The notes under the pieces are model-generated. The model did no database searches and was not told the origin of the DNA. It was given only the letters and a program-made list of their open reading frames with translations. Shown here piece after piece: positions 19,740-29,131 of a DNA stretch of 64,000 nucleotides. Position 1 is the stretch's first letter; each line of letters starts with the position of its first letter. Source of the DNA: Escherichia phage UPEC01; sequence record MW233709, one strand, 5' to 3'. The translations under genes were made by a program, and so were the position numbers.

Positions 19740-19915
19740 TGAAAACTGCATTAGTCTATACCGAAAAGTTAAACGGTGACAAGGTCTGGAAACTTCTTAT
19801 CAAAGGAAGTCCTACTGACCAGTTTATGGCCACCTGTGTGGGATTGTATACTCGTCCTACCAAAAAGATGATTCGTCAATTTAAACGGTTGCATCGTTCG
19901 TTCTATGGGGTCTGA
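19739..19915 (+). CDS. hypothetical small protein (58 aa; not in ORF track)
   Basis: Read manually from ATG 19739. Confidence 0.4.
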   Translation: MKTALVYTEKLNGDKVWKLLIKGSPTDQFMATCVGLYTRPTKKMIRQFKRLHRSFYGV

Positions 19916-20007
19916 TATGGATGCTCTTATTACGGTATTTTGGGCCGGAGTTGCTTTATTCGGATTGTTGTTAGTGCTAAGTTGCACTGCTAAACTATTA
20001 GGATATT

Positions 20008-20044
20008 AATAAATACCCTTATCTAATAATGGTAAGGGTTTATT
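20008..20044 (+). promoter_or_regulatory. late-promoter-like AATAAATA plus hairpin covering the gene 49 ribosome-binding site
   Basis: AATAAATACCC then stem CCCTTA/TAAGGG; same architecture as upstream of e. Confidence 0.5.
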
Positions 20045-20518
20045 ATGTTGTTGACTGGCAAATTATACAAAGAAGAAAAACAAAAACTTTATGATGCACA
20101 AGCTGGTAAGTGTCCAATTTGCCACCGTGATTTGGACTCCGATGTTCAGGCCAACCATCTTGACCATGACCACGAATTGAACGGGCCAAAAGCTGGTAAG
20201 GTTCGCGGGTTACTATGCAATCTGTGCAATGGAACAGAAGGACAAATGAAGCATAAGTTCAGCCGTTCGGGTCTAAAAGGTCGCAATGTTGACTACCTGG
20301 AATGGTTAGAGAGTTTGCTTGTCTATCTGAAATCTGATTATACCGAAAACAATATTCACCCTAATTTTGTGGCAGACAAAGCCAAAGAGTTCGGTCGTCT
20401 GGGGAAAGAAGAAATGATTCGGGAAATGCTTTTGAACGGTATGACTTATAATGAATCTGACACAAAAACACAATTAATGGCTTCATTTAAGAAGCAGCTT
20501 AGAAAGAGTTTAAAATGA
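20045..20518 (+). CDS. 49: endonuclease VII (Holliday-junction resolvase)
   Basis: Near-identical to recalled T4 gp49 (MLLTGKLYKEEKQK..CPICHR...). Confidence 0.93.
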   Translation: MLLTGKLYKEEKQKLYDAQAGKCPICHRDLDSDVQANHLDHDHELNGPKAGKVRGLLCNLCNGTEGQMKHKFSRSGLKGRNVDYLEWLESLLVYLKSDYTENNIHPNFVADKAKEFGRLGKEEMIREMLLNGMTYNESDTKTQLMASFKKQLRKSLK

Positions 20519-22332
20519 CAATTGAAAACGAAATTGAAGGATTGATTCATAAAACTAATAAAGACCTTTTAAACGAGAATGCTAATAAAGATTCTCGTGT
20601 TTTTCCAACTCAACGGGACCTTATGGCTGGTATTGTATCTAAACACATTGCCAAAAATATGGTCGCGTCTTTTATTATGAAAGCACATGAAAGCGGAATT
20701 ATTCATTTCCATGATATTGATTATTCCCCTGCTCTTCCATTTACTAATTGCTGTTTAGTAGATTTAAAAGGAATGCTTGAGAACGGGTTTAAGCTCGGTA
20801 ATGCACAGATTGAAACTCCTAAATCAATCAGTGTTGCTACTGCAATTATGGCACAAATTACTGCGCAGGTTGCTTCCCATCAATATGGCGGAACGACTTT
20901 TGCGAATGTAGATAAAGTACTTTCTCCTTATGTTAAACGTACCTATGCGAAACATATTGAGGACGCGGAAAAATGGCAAATCACTGATGCGTTGAATTAT
21001 GCTCAATCTAAAACAGAAAAAGACGTATATGATGCATTCCAAGCTTATGAATATGAAGTAAATACTCTCTTTAGTTCAAATGGTCAGACTCCTTTTGTGA
21101 CAATTACATTTGGTACTGGAACTGACTGGACTGAACGAATGATTCAGAAAGCAATTCTGAAAAATCGTATTAAAGGTCTTGGTCGTGATGGGATAACTCC
21201 TATTTTCCCTAAACTTGTTATGTTTGTTGAAGAAGGTGTTAATCTTTATAAAGACGACCCGAACTATGATATTAAGCAGCTTGCTTTAGAGTGTGCAAGC
21301 AAAAGAATGTATCCTGATATCATTTCAGCTAAGAATAACAAAGCTATCACTGGTTCATTTATTCCTGTTTCTCCAATGGGTTGCCGTAGTTTCTTGGGCG
21401 TATGGAAAGATTCGACTGGTAATGAAATTCTTGATGGACGTAATAATCTTGGTGTTGTAACACTGAATCTTCCTCGCATTGCATTAGATTCTTATATTGG
21501 AACACAGTTCAATGAACAGAAATTTACTGAATTGTTCAATGAGCGAATGGATTTATGTTTTGAAGCTTTGATGTGTAGAATTAGTTCCTTAAAAGGAGTT
21601 AAAGCGACTGTTGCTCCTATTCTTTATCAAGAAGGTGCATTCGGGGTTCGTCTTAAACCTGATGACGATATAATTGAGTTATTTAAAAACGGTAGAAGTT
21701 CAGTATCCCTGGGATACATCGGTATTCACGAATTGAATATTCTTGTCGGTCGTGATATTGGGCAAGAAATTTTGACTAAAATGAATGCTCGTCTTAAGCA
21801 GTGGACTGAAAGAACCGGATTTGCTTTTAGCTTGTATTCTACACCTGCTGAAAACCTGTGTTATCGCTTCTGTAAACTCGATACCGAAAAATATGGAAGT
21901 GTAAAAGATGTTACTGATAAAGGCTGGTACACTAACAGTTTCCATGTTTCAGTAGAAGAAAATATTACTCCGTTTGAAAAGATTTCTCGTGAAGCCCCAT
22001 ATCATTTCATTGCGACAGGCGGTCACATTTCTTATGTTGAACTTCCTGATATGAAAAATAACTTAAAAGGTCTTGAGGCTGTATGGGATTATGCTGCACA
22101 GCATTTAGATTATTTTGGTGTTAATATGCCAGTGGATAAATGTTTTACATGTGGAAGTACCCATGAAATGACTCCTACTGAAAACGGATTTGTTTGTTCT
22201 ATTTGTGGAGAAACTGACCCTAAAAAGATGAACACAATAAGAAGAACATGCGGCTATTTGGGAAATCCGAACGAACGCGGATTTAATCTCGGCAAAAATA
22301 AAGAAATCATGCATAGGGTTAAACACCAATGA
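20515..22332 (+). CDS. nrdD: anaerobic ribonucleoside-triphosphate reductase
   Basis: 605 aa; glycyl-radical motif RRTCGYLG near C-terminus; uninterrupted (no intron). Confidence 0.95.
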   Translation: MTIENEIEGLIHKTNKDLLNENANKDSRVFPTQRDLMAGIVSKHIAKNMVASFIMKAHESGIIHFHDIDYSPALPFTNCCLVDLKGMLENGFKLGNAQIETPKSISVATAIMAQITAQVASHQYGGTTFANVDKVLSPYVKRTYAKHIEDAEKWQITDALNYAQSKTEKDVYDAFQAYEYEVNTLFSSNGQTPFVTITFGTGTDWTERMIQKAILKNRIKGLGRDGITPIFPKLVMFVEEGVNLYKDDPNYDIKQLALECASKRMYPDIISAKNNKAITGSFIPVSPMGCRSFLGVWKDSTGNEILDGRNNLGVVTLNLPRIALDSYIGTQFNEQKFTELFNERMDLCFEALMCRISSLKGVKATVAPILYQEGAFGVRLKPDDDIIELFKNGRSSVSLGYIGIHELNILVGRDIGQEILTKMNARLKQWTERTGFAFSLYSTPAENLCYRFCKLDTEKYGSVKDVTDKGWYTNSFHVSVEENITPFEKISREAPYHFIATGGHISYVELPDMKNNLKGLEAVWDYAAQHLDYFGVNMPVDKCFTCGSTHEMTPTENGFVCSICGETDPKKMNTIRRTCGYLGNPNERGFNLGKNKEIMHRVKHQ

Positions 22333-22799
22333 ATTATGATAGAATTTATCCTTGCGATTTTGTGAATGGCCCTGGTTGTAGGGTCGTTCTTTTCGTTACA
22401 GGTTGTTTGCATAAATGCGAAGGGTGTTATAATAAATCAACATGGAATGCTAGAAATGGTGTTCCATTCACTGGTGAAACACTAGAACAATTAATTGAAT
22501 GTTTGAATAATGATTATATAGAAGGATTAACTATAACCGGAGGAGACCCTCTCTATCCTGATAACCGAGATGTTATTCACTCTGTGGTTCAAACTATTAA
22601 AAATCTTTATCCCAATAAAAGCATTTGGATGTGGACAGGATATAAGTTTGAAGATATTAAACAACTAGAAATGCTTAAATATGTTGATGTTATTATTGAT
22701 GGGAAGTATGAGAAAAATCTTCCGACCAAAAAACTGTGGCGAGGGTCAGATAATCAGCGACTTTGGTCAAATACCGATGGGGTGTGGAAACATGATTAA
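22329..22799 (+). CDS. nrdG: anaerobic RNR activating protein (radical SAM)
   Basis: CLHKCEGC motif; ATGA overlap with nrdD. Confidence 0.92.
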   Translation: MNYDRIYPCDFVNGPGCRVVLFVTGCLHKCEGCYNKSTWNARNGVPFTGETLEQLIECLNNDYIEGLTITGGDPLYPDNRDVIHSVVQTIKNLYPNKSIWMWTGYKFEDIKQLEMLKYVDVIIDGKYEKNLPTKKLWRGSDNQRLWSNTDGVWKHD

Positions 22800-22913
22800 A
22801 TTGAATTACATTATGGGTACTATAAATGATATGATTTTTCATTTTGGTCCAGAATTTTATTCGCAGTATAGTTTAGTGCTTATCAATGCTTGGTTAATCA
22901 ATTAAGGGTAAAT

Positions 22914-23129
22914 ATGGATAAATTTCGTAATGCTGCAGCAGATATTCTGGCAAACATAACGCTTGTGTTGTTCATCGTTTGCCTGCTTATTCTGGCTATT
23001 CCGTTTGGTTTGCTGTTTGTTATCATCGGTTGGTTAAGTACCAATCCTGGCCTCGAAAGCTCTGAATTCAACAAACGAATCCAGGCTATCCATAATACCA
23101 TCGCAAAAATGATGAAGGTGAAAGAATGA
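22914..23129 (+). CDS. hypothetical membrane protein
   Basis: AAGGG SD before ATG 22914; hydrophobic helix. Confidence 0.45.
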   Translation: MDKFRNAAADILANITLVLFIVCLLILAIPFGLLFVIIGWLSTNPGLESSEFNKRIQAIHNTIAKMMKVKE

Positions 23130-23425
23130 AACGTTTTGAAGAATATGTAACTACTAATTGGACCGCGTGGGACAAGTTCGGTGATGAATGGTACTTCCAC
23201 GACTGTGACCTGAACCCGGAATTCTTTGTCGATAAGGAAGAAGACCTTAAAGACATCTATGCTCTATCAGAGATTCACGGAATCAAACCGACGGTTTATT
23301 TCAGCTTCGACGATACCAGATTTCTTATTCGGATTTATGTTCCATACGAAACCGTTGATGATGAAGAAGATATTACAACCTGGGACTACCAAGGAGTGAT
23401 TTCCTGTGGACCAAAAGTTAACTAA
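23126..23425 (+). CDS. hypothetical acidic protein
   Basis: ATGA-coupled ORF. Confidence 0.5.
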   Translation: MKRFEEYVTTNWTAWDKFGDEWYFHDCDLNPEFFVDKEEDLKDIYALSEIHGIKPTVYFSFDDTRFLIRIYVPYETVDDEEDITTWDYQGVISCGPKVN

Positions 23426-23723
23426 GATTGAAATCTATGGTATCCCCGAAGAAGTCGGTCGATGCCCCGGTTGTATGCACGTCAGGAGCCTTCTGGGCTC
23501 CTTAAACCTTCCTTATACATTCTATTCAGTCCTTAACAAACAAGGCTCTGAAATCGCTTATGACAGGCCTTTAATCGTGTCTTTGGCTAAGCGTGCTGGA
23601 TATCCTACCCTTAACATTCGTTACCCAGTGATTTTTGTCAATGATGAAAAAATGACCAATATTCCTGCCTTTAAAACAAAACTGATATCCCTGGGGTATG
23701 ACCAGGACTTAATTGAAGATTAA
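23406..23723 (+). CDS. glutaredoxin/thioredoxin-fold protein (NrdH-like candidate; GTG start)
   Basis: CPGC active-site-like motif; AAGGAG SD 9 nt before GTG. Confidence 0.55.
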   Translation: MDQKLTKIEIYGIPEEVGRCPGCMHVRSLLGSLNLPYTFYSVLNKQGSEIAYDRPLIVSLAKRAGYPTLNIRYPVIFVNDEKMTNIPAFKTKLISLGYDQDLIED

Positions 23724-23725
23724 AA

Positions 23726-23790
23726 AGGGGTGTACAAGCCCCTTTGAATGATGTATCATTATCCCATCAACTACTGATGAGGAGAACATT
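23726..23790 (+). promoter_or_regulatory. early promoter cassette with CAACTACTGATGAGGAG leader
   Basis: GGGG-TGTACAAG-CCCC hairpin carries the -35-like GTGTACAA; TATCATTAT; leader ATCCCATCAACTACTGATGAGGAG. Confidence 0.5.
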
Positions 23791-23967
23791 ATGACTATCC
23801 AAGATAAAGAAATTAAAGTCAACCAGTATTATTCAATCAACGGCAAAGCTGTTCTAGTAACTGAAATATCTAGCCTGGATGTGTGGTATACCATAATTGA
23901 CCTTAATATTAAAATGATTTGTGACCGTGGTGTATTTTGCTCGATAGCTAAGGAAATTAAATTATGA
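23791..23967 (+). CDS. hypothetical small protein (58 aa; not in ORF track)
   Basis: ATG immediately after cassette leader. Confidence 0.4.
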   Translation: MTIQDKEIKVNQYYSINGKAVLVTEISSLDVWYTIIDLNIKMICDRGVFCSIAKEIKL

Positions 23968-24218
23968 GCCTGAAATTACATTCAATGAAAAATGTCGCCA
24001 CCCTTAATCTGGATGATGAGCGCCTAATTTTTATCACCGTCACTGATAAGAATATTGAAATTGCAAATGGTCCTAAGACTTATTGTTGTCCAGTGAAGAA
24101 TTGGAAACATGTAACCTTTTTGACCCTGGGTGACCGTCTGAAAGACCTTAAGTTGGATTTGGATGTCAAAGATATCCAGTACATTAAAAATCTTATTGGA
24201 TACAAACTGCTGAGGTAA
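23964..24218 (+). CDS. hypothetical protein
   Basis: ATGA-coupled ORF. Confidence 0.5.
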   Translation: MSLKLHSMKNVATLNLDDERLIFITVTDKNIEIANGPKTYCCPVKNWKHVTFLTLGDRLKDLKLDLDVKDIQYIKNLIGYKLLR

Positions 24219-24220
24219 CT

Positions 24221-24514
24221 ATGGGTAAAACTATTCGTCGCAAAGAATTGTCTGTAAAAGATTTTTATTATTCAGGGCGTCGTCAGGCGCCTGATGGTGT
24301 AAGTCAAGAACAAGTTGAAGAAAATATCTTCCGTTCAGACAAATGGAAGCGTATGCGTGGCGTTGATTCAGAAGTCAAGAATGAGATGAATCGTCAACTG
24401 CGTAAAGAAGTTCGTCAGTTGAAAAAAGATGTATACGTTGAGGATGATTTGGATTATAATACTTCTCATCGTGTTGCAAAACGTAAATCAAACGAGTGTT
24501 ATCGTTACAGCTGA
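24221..24514 (+). CDS. hypothetical basic protein
   Basis: Intact ORF. Confidence 0.5.
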   Translation: MGKTIRRKELSVKDFYYSGRRQAPDGVSQEQVEENIFRSDKWKRMRGVDSEVKNEMNRQLRKEVRQLKKDVYVEDDLDYNTSHRVAKRKSNECYRYS

Positions 24515-24521
24515 GGAAAAT

Positions 24522-24719
24522 ATGAATCCACAATCTAAATTATCACAGCGAATTGCTGAATCTCGTCGTCAGTTCTTTGAAAATATGATAGCTCAAGGTA
24601 TTGATGACGAAGTTTTTCTAAACTGGTTTTGGAATCTCTATTATTCAAAATGTGCAGGAGCAATATTAATTTCTGCCGCGATGATGTATGAAGGTTGGAA
24701 AGGCGCAAAAGCGCAGTAA
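24522..24719 (+). CDS. hypothetical protein
   Basis: GAGGAAAATATG; longer ORF-track start overlaps upstream gene. Confidence 0.45.
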   Translation: MNPQSKLSQRIAESRRQFFENMIAQGIDDEVFLNWFWNLYYSKCAGAILISAAMMYEGWKGAKAQ

Positions 24720-24791
24720 AAACCAGCGGGGTCATGGTATAATGACCCCAGGATAATAAAATTTTAATTTAATGAGACTGAGGAATATATC

Positions 24792-25118
24792 ATGACTGCA
24801 TCTATCACTAACACCATCGCTAATTTCGCATTTGCTAAAGTTAACACTCTGATGAAATCTGGTTTCGTTACCCCTGAGATTCTGGACCAGTGGGAAGGCG
24901 ATGTACAGAAGCTGATTATTGCAGAAGGTCAGACAATGGGTAAAGCGCGTATTCGTGAAAGCCTTGTTCAGTATATCCTGAATGAATTTGATGTAGTAGC
25001 GTTTGGTCTGCCGCTTCCACGCGAAAACAAAGAAGTTTCTGACAAAGCCATCAAGCGCATGAACTCCCAACGTAAGAAAGGTTTTGTTGACCTGAAAATT
25101 ATTAAGGGTGCGAAATGA
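24792..25118 (+). CDS. hypothetical protein
   Basis: GAGGAATATATCATG. Confidence 0.5.
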   Translation: MTASITNTIANFAFAKVNTLMKSGFVTPEILDQWEGDVQKLIIAEGQTMGKARIRESLVQYILNEFDVVAFGLPLPRENKEVSDKAIKRMNSQRKKGFVDLKIIKGAK

Positions 25119-25378
25119 TGTGTCCTGCTATTGAATTACCTGAAGGTGTTGCGGTAATAGTATCATACAAACATACGTATGCTAATGGAATTCGCCGAGC
25201 TCATAAAATTAGTCAAGGTTACTATTTACAAAGGACTTTAAATTATTTCATTTCAATGGGATATGAATTCAGAATCTATCCTATGTGTACTAAAACCAAG
25301 TACACTAAAATCGATGCTTGGGAAGCTTGGGCGGAAGGCATGACATTAGACGAATTCCTGGACTACTTAAATGATTAA
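25115..25378 (+). CDS. hypothetical protein
   Basis: ATGA-coupled ORF. Confidence 0.5.
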   Translation: MMCPAIELPEGVAVIVSYKHTYANGIRRAHKISQGYYLQRTLNYFISMGYEFRIYPMCTKTKYTKIDAWEAWAEGMTLDEFLDYLND

Positions 25379-25637
25379 AATAAAACTCTCTAATTACGAT
25401 AAAAACTTGGAAATGATTACTATGAAAGAAGAACTCCTGAATGATGTTCGCTTTACGGGTTATGCAGTTCAATTTAATGGTGATGGGGTTCTCCAGATTG
25501 AAGGTGACCACTTTATTATTGAATATGAATTCCACCAATATTGGTTGTATGCTAAAGATGAAGTTGGTGGGATTGATTATATTGACCAGTTTGATAAGCT
25601 TGATGATGTTTTAGAAGCTGCTCAATTGGTGTACTGA
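25371..25637 (+). CDS. hypothetical protein (start uncertain)
   Basis: Intact ORF. Confidence 0.45.
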   Translation: MIKIKLSNYDKNLEMITMKEELLNDVRFTGYAVQFNGDGVLQIEGDHFIIEYEFHQYWLYAKDEVGGIDYIDQFDKLDDVLEAAQLVY

Positions 25638-25903
25638 TGCACATCAATCATACAATGATATCTATCCAGGACCTGGGAACGTTTTGGGTGGATGAATTCA
25701 TGAAAATAACATTCTTCCCACACGCAGAAGGGTATGGCTCTTGGGAGTCTCATATCGGCATGTTGAATGAAGGACAATACCGCAACGAGCATGACCGTCT
25801 GATGGAATTCATTAGTGATGCCGAGGTTATCCCTTATATTGACATCCATGAATTTAAGGCAATTATGGAGAAGGTCTTCCAGGCTTACTGTTTACTTCGC
25901 TAA
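25637..25903 (+). CDS. hypothetical protein
   Basis: Intact ORF. Confidence 0.5.
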   Translation: MHINHTMISIQDLGTFWVDEFMKITFFPHAEGYGSWESHIGMLNEGQYRNEHDRLMEFISDAEVIPYIDIHEFKAIMEKVFQAYCLLR

Positions 25904-25928
25904 TGCTTTGTATCAAGGATGATATAAT
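25902..25928 (+). promoter_or_regulatory. middle-promoter-like element upstream of gene 55
   Basis: TGCTTTG 25904-25910, 12-nt CAAGGATG-containing spacer, TATAAT. Confidence 0.4.
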
Positions 25929-25951
25929 ATTCATATACTAAGTGAGGCGAT

Positions 25952-26509
25952 ATGAACGAAATTAAATTAACCAAGAATAACTATGTAAATAATAAAGAGC
26001 TTTTGAAAGCTATTTCGGAGTGGAAACAGAAGCTGAATGCGAACACCGACCCGAACAAAATTATTCGCCAGAACGATGTTATTGGTCTGGCGATTATGCT
26101 TATAGCCGAAGGTCTTAGCAAACGTTTCAACTTCTCCGGATATACCCAATCCTGGAAGCAAGAAATGATTGCTGACGGTATTGAGGCCGCAATAAAAGGT
26201 CTTCACAACTTCGACGAAACAAAATACGATAATCCACATGCTTACATAACAATGGCTTGCTTCAATGCTTTCGTTCAGCGTATCAAAAAAGAACGTAAAG
26301 AAATGGCAAAGAAATATAGCTACTTCGTCCATAACGTATATGATTCACGTGACGACGATATGGTGGCTCTGGCTGATGAAACATTTATCCAGGACATCTA
26401 TGACAAAATGACACAGTACGAATCCTCTTTAGTTAAAGCGCCAGGGTCTGATAAGAGCGCCAAAGATAAAGAAGGTGATTTGGATTTTTTATATGGAACA
26501 TCAATTTGA
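25952..26509 (+). CDS. 55: late-transcription sigma factor gp55
   Basis: Long identical stretches to recalled T4 gp55 (NYVNNKELL..., [41 protein letters not shown]). Confidence 0.93.
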   Translation: MNEIKLTKNNYVNNKELLKAISEWKQKLNANTDPNKIIRQNDVIGLAIMLIAEGLSKRFNFSGYTQSWKQEMIADGIEAAIKGLHNFDETKYDNPHAYITMACFNAFVQRIKKERKEMAKKYSYFVHNVYDSRDDDMVALADETFIQDIYDKMTQYESSLVKAPGSDKSAKDKEGDLDFLYGTSI

Positions 26510-26726
26510 TATTACCGATTTTTTAGATAAAATCGAGGAAGACTTTACGGCTCTCCCATATTTCATTAAACTTTATCTGCGAGACATAAAAGGTCTTCCA
26601 ATTGATATCGACCCTTTAAACGTCCGGAATCTGGAATTTACTTCTCCGGACAATAACGTTGATTACCGTTATCATGTGGATAATGCTAATCTATATTTTA
26701 CAATTGAGTTAACTCCCAAGGATTAA
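26493..26726 (+). CDS. hypothetical protein (start uncertain)
   Basis: ORF overlapping gp55 3' end. Confidence 0.4.
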   Translation: MEHQFDITDFLDKIEEDFTALPYFIKLYLRDIKGLPIDIDPLNVRNLEFTSPDNNVDYRYHVDNANLYFTIELTPKD

Positions 26727-26727
26727 T

Positions 26728-27039
26728 ATGCAAGCTCCAGATATTTCTCAACTGACCGATAAGCAGATTGAAGAAGCACAGGAACGTCTCGAAGAAGCGA
26801 ACGCACTCGAAGCAACCAGTCAAGCAGCGAAGATTCTGAAAAAGAATGCTCGTGAAATTGCACGACTGAATAAGCATGCTCAAGGCGCAGTGCTGGAAAA
26901 CAATTTTGAAGCATACAAATACGCTTTAGTTAAACTGCGTGGGATTTACCGCCAACCCGTTACGGAAGACCTGATTAAGTTGATGTGGGATTCTACTCGC
27001 AAACAAATTTGGGAAATCGTAAATGGCATTAGTAAATAA
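26728..27039 (+). CDS. hypothetical protein
   Basis: Intact ORF. Confidence 0.5.
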   Translation: MQAPDISQLTDKQIEEAQERLEEANALEATSQAAKILKKNAREIARLNKHAQGAVLENNFEAYKYALVKLRGIYRQPVTEDLIKLMWDSTRKQIWEIVNGISK

Positions 27040-27223
27040 ACCCTTTAAACGGCTTCTTATTGGAGCCGCTTTCAGACTTCGCTCATATGGTAATATCTGT
27101 ATCAAGCAGACCGAAACCGAATACAAAATGATGGGCCAATATTCTGATGGTATTTTTAAGATTGAGCCTGTAGCCAAGGTTTGGGTAGATTCTCATCAAC
27201 TTAAGAAATGGTGGCAACGATGA
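27023..27223 (+). CDS. hypothetical protein
   Basis: Intact ORF. Confidence 0.45.
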   Translation: MALVNKPFKRLLIGAAFRLRSYGNICIKQTETEYKMMGQYSDGIFKIEPVAKVWVDSHQLKKWWQR

Positions 27224-27288
27224 TAACATGGACAGGTGGCTAATGAACGACGAACATCCAGATTTTTAAGAGGTCATATGAATGACGA

Positions 27289-27453
27289 ATTCGACGGATT
27301 TTGATAAGATTAAATCTGACAAAAACGAGATGATTCTTCAATTTGAAGCTGCTCGTATTAAAGCAGAAAATGAAGGTACTATTACCTATAAGCCTATCAA
27401 GTTCAGGTCTTCTCACGAACCTCTGTACGGTGTATTAATTGGAAAGGAAGCCT
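27289..27453 (+). CDS. hypothetical small protein (54 aa; not in ORF track)
   Basis: Read manually; followed by terminator. Confidence 0.4.
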
Positions 27454-27460
27454 AGTGCTT
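27436..27460 (+). terminator. rho-independent terminator
   Basis: GGAAGC-CTAGT-GCTTCC then TTTTTT. Confidence 0.6.
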
Positions 27461-27482
27461 CCTTTTTTGCTTTATATTCGGG
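27456..27482 (+). promoter_or_regulatory. middle-promoter-like element upstream of gene 47
   Basis: TGCTTTA 27458-27464 fused to terminator T-run; 12-nt spacer; TAAAAT. Confidence 0.4.
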
Positions 27483-27652
27483 ATGATAAAATGAACCAAC
27501 TGAGGAGAGTATATGGAATTATTTTTAGGATATGTCGTGTTATTCATGGCATTCTACACATTCACAAGAGCTTGTTGGATAGGATTCTTTTCTACTCCTG
27601 ACGGGTTCATTTCAGTAATTTTATTTTGCATTGCAATAACGGTGCTTGGCTT

Positions 27653-28672
27653 ATGAAAATTTTAAATTTAGGTGATTGGCACTTAGGTGTCAAAGCTGAC
27701 GACCCATGGGCTCAAAACATTCAACGCGATGGTATTTTACAGGCGATTGCATATTCCAAAGCGAATGGGATTAAAGTCTGGATTCAATATGGTGATATTT
27801 TTGACGTCCGTAAGGCCGTAACGCATAAGACGATGGAATTCAGCCGTGAGATTATGGAACTCCTTCGTGAAGCAGGAATTACTATGCACACGATAGTCGG
27901 GAACCATGACATGAATCTGAAGAATAAGATTCATCCTAATGCTATCACTGAGCTCCTGAATAAGTATGACCATGTTAAAATCTATGATAAGCCAACGACT
28001 GTTGATTTTGACGGTTGTCAGATTGATATGATTCCATGGATGTGCGACGAGAACGCAACTGACATTCATCAACACATCAAAACTTCTGGGGCTGAATATT
28101 GCATCGGTCACTGGGAATTAACCGGGTTTTATTTCTATAAAGGATTGAAATCCCACGGACTTGAGCCTGATTTCCTTAAGAAGTACAAGCAAGTTTGGTC
28201 TGGTCACTTTCACACAATTTCAGAAGCTGCAAACGTTAAGTACATCGGGACCCCATGGACATTAACAGCAGGTGATGAGAACGACCCACGCGGGTTCTGG
28301 GAATTTGATACCGAAACCGAAGAGATGAAATTTATTCCGAATGAAACCACCTGGCATCGGAAGATTTTTTATCCAAACGAAACTATTAACTACGACGACT
28401 TCAAAGACTTATCAGTCCGTGTTATTGTAGAAAAAGTCGATAAAGACCTGACCAAGTTCGAATCTGAATTAGAAAAGCGTGTACATGAATTGCGTGTTGT
28501 CAATAAGGTTGATAACAGTGTTGATACGACTGACTCCGAAGAAGAGTTAGACATAAAACGCTTAACTGATATGATGGCAGAATATATTGATGCATTACCT
28601 GACACCAATGAGAAAGAATCAAAAGCTCTTAAAGCATTGGCCAACAAATTATATCTTGAGGTGCAACCGTGA
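27653..28672 (+). CDS. 47: recombination endonuclease subunit gp47 (Mre11-like)
   Basis: MKILNLGDWHLG, GNHD phosphoesterase motifs; ORF-track N-terminal extension rejected. Confidence 0.92.
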   Translation: MKILNLGDWHLGVKADDPWAQNIQRDGILQAIAYSKANGIKVWIQYGDIFDVRKAVTHKTMEFSREIMELLREAGITMHTIVGNHDMNLKNKIHPNAITELLNKYDHVKIYDKPTTVDFDGCQIDMIPWMCDENATDIHQHIKTSGAEYCIGHWELTGFYFYKGLKSHGLEPDFLKKYKQVWSGHFHTISEAANVKYIGTPWTLTAGDENDPRGFWEFDTETEEMKFIPNETTWHRKIFYPNETINYDDFKDLSVRVIVEKVDKDLTKFESELEKRVHELRVVNKVDNSVDTTDSEEELDIKRLTDMMAEYIDALPDTNEKESKALKALANKLYLEVQP

Positions 28673-28932
28673 GACTTTATGATTTTAATGAAGCGGGGCT
28701 TGAACATATCCGCGAATGTGATGTGGTTGACGACGATAATCAACCGAATACTATTAAGTATTGGTTTGAAGCTATCACTGACCGGGAAACTGGTCAACTT
28801 ATCAAAGTCTATGTAGTCACCGATTGGGCCGTAGAATTTAGCTTTAATGTAATGGAAGATGATACTCCAGAGACATTAATCCATATGGCTGAATCATGTA
28901 TCAAGGATGCTTATTATGATGAAAATGTATAA
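28669..28932 (+). CDS. hypothetical protein (GTG start)
   Basis: GAGGTG SD; GTGA overlap with gp47 stop. Confidence 0.45.
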   Translation: MRLYDFNEAGLEHIRECDVVDDDNQPNTIKYWFEAITDRETGQLIKVYVVTDWAVEFSFNVMEDDTPETLIHMAESCIKDAYYDENV

Positions 28933-29131
28933 ACATGATTTTCATATTGGCGATGGCTGGTTCGGTAATGTAGAATGGGACGTGGATGGTTCTTGGTATA
29001 CCGGAACTATGTATGTCACTTCTGAATATTCTGAAGGTGTTTCATGGGCCATGGAACTTGACGACGTGTTTGCTTCTTCCGAAGAAATGCTAGAATATGC
29101 TGAACAAACAATTCGTGAGAACAATACATGA
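28907..29131 (+). CDS. hypothetical protein (start uncertain)
   Basis: Intact ORF between 47 and 46. Confidence 0.45.
   Translation: MLIMMKMYKHDFHIGDGWFGNVEWDVDGSWYTGTMYVTSEYSEGVSWAMELDDVFASSEEMLEYAEQTIRENNT

Noticed and set aside
24727-24748. Hairpin GGGGTCAT-ggtata-ATGACCCC containing TGGTATAAT
   Set aside because: Could be an extended -10 promoter or only a terminator-like hairpin; no upstream -35 or MotA-box-like element.
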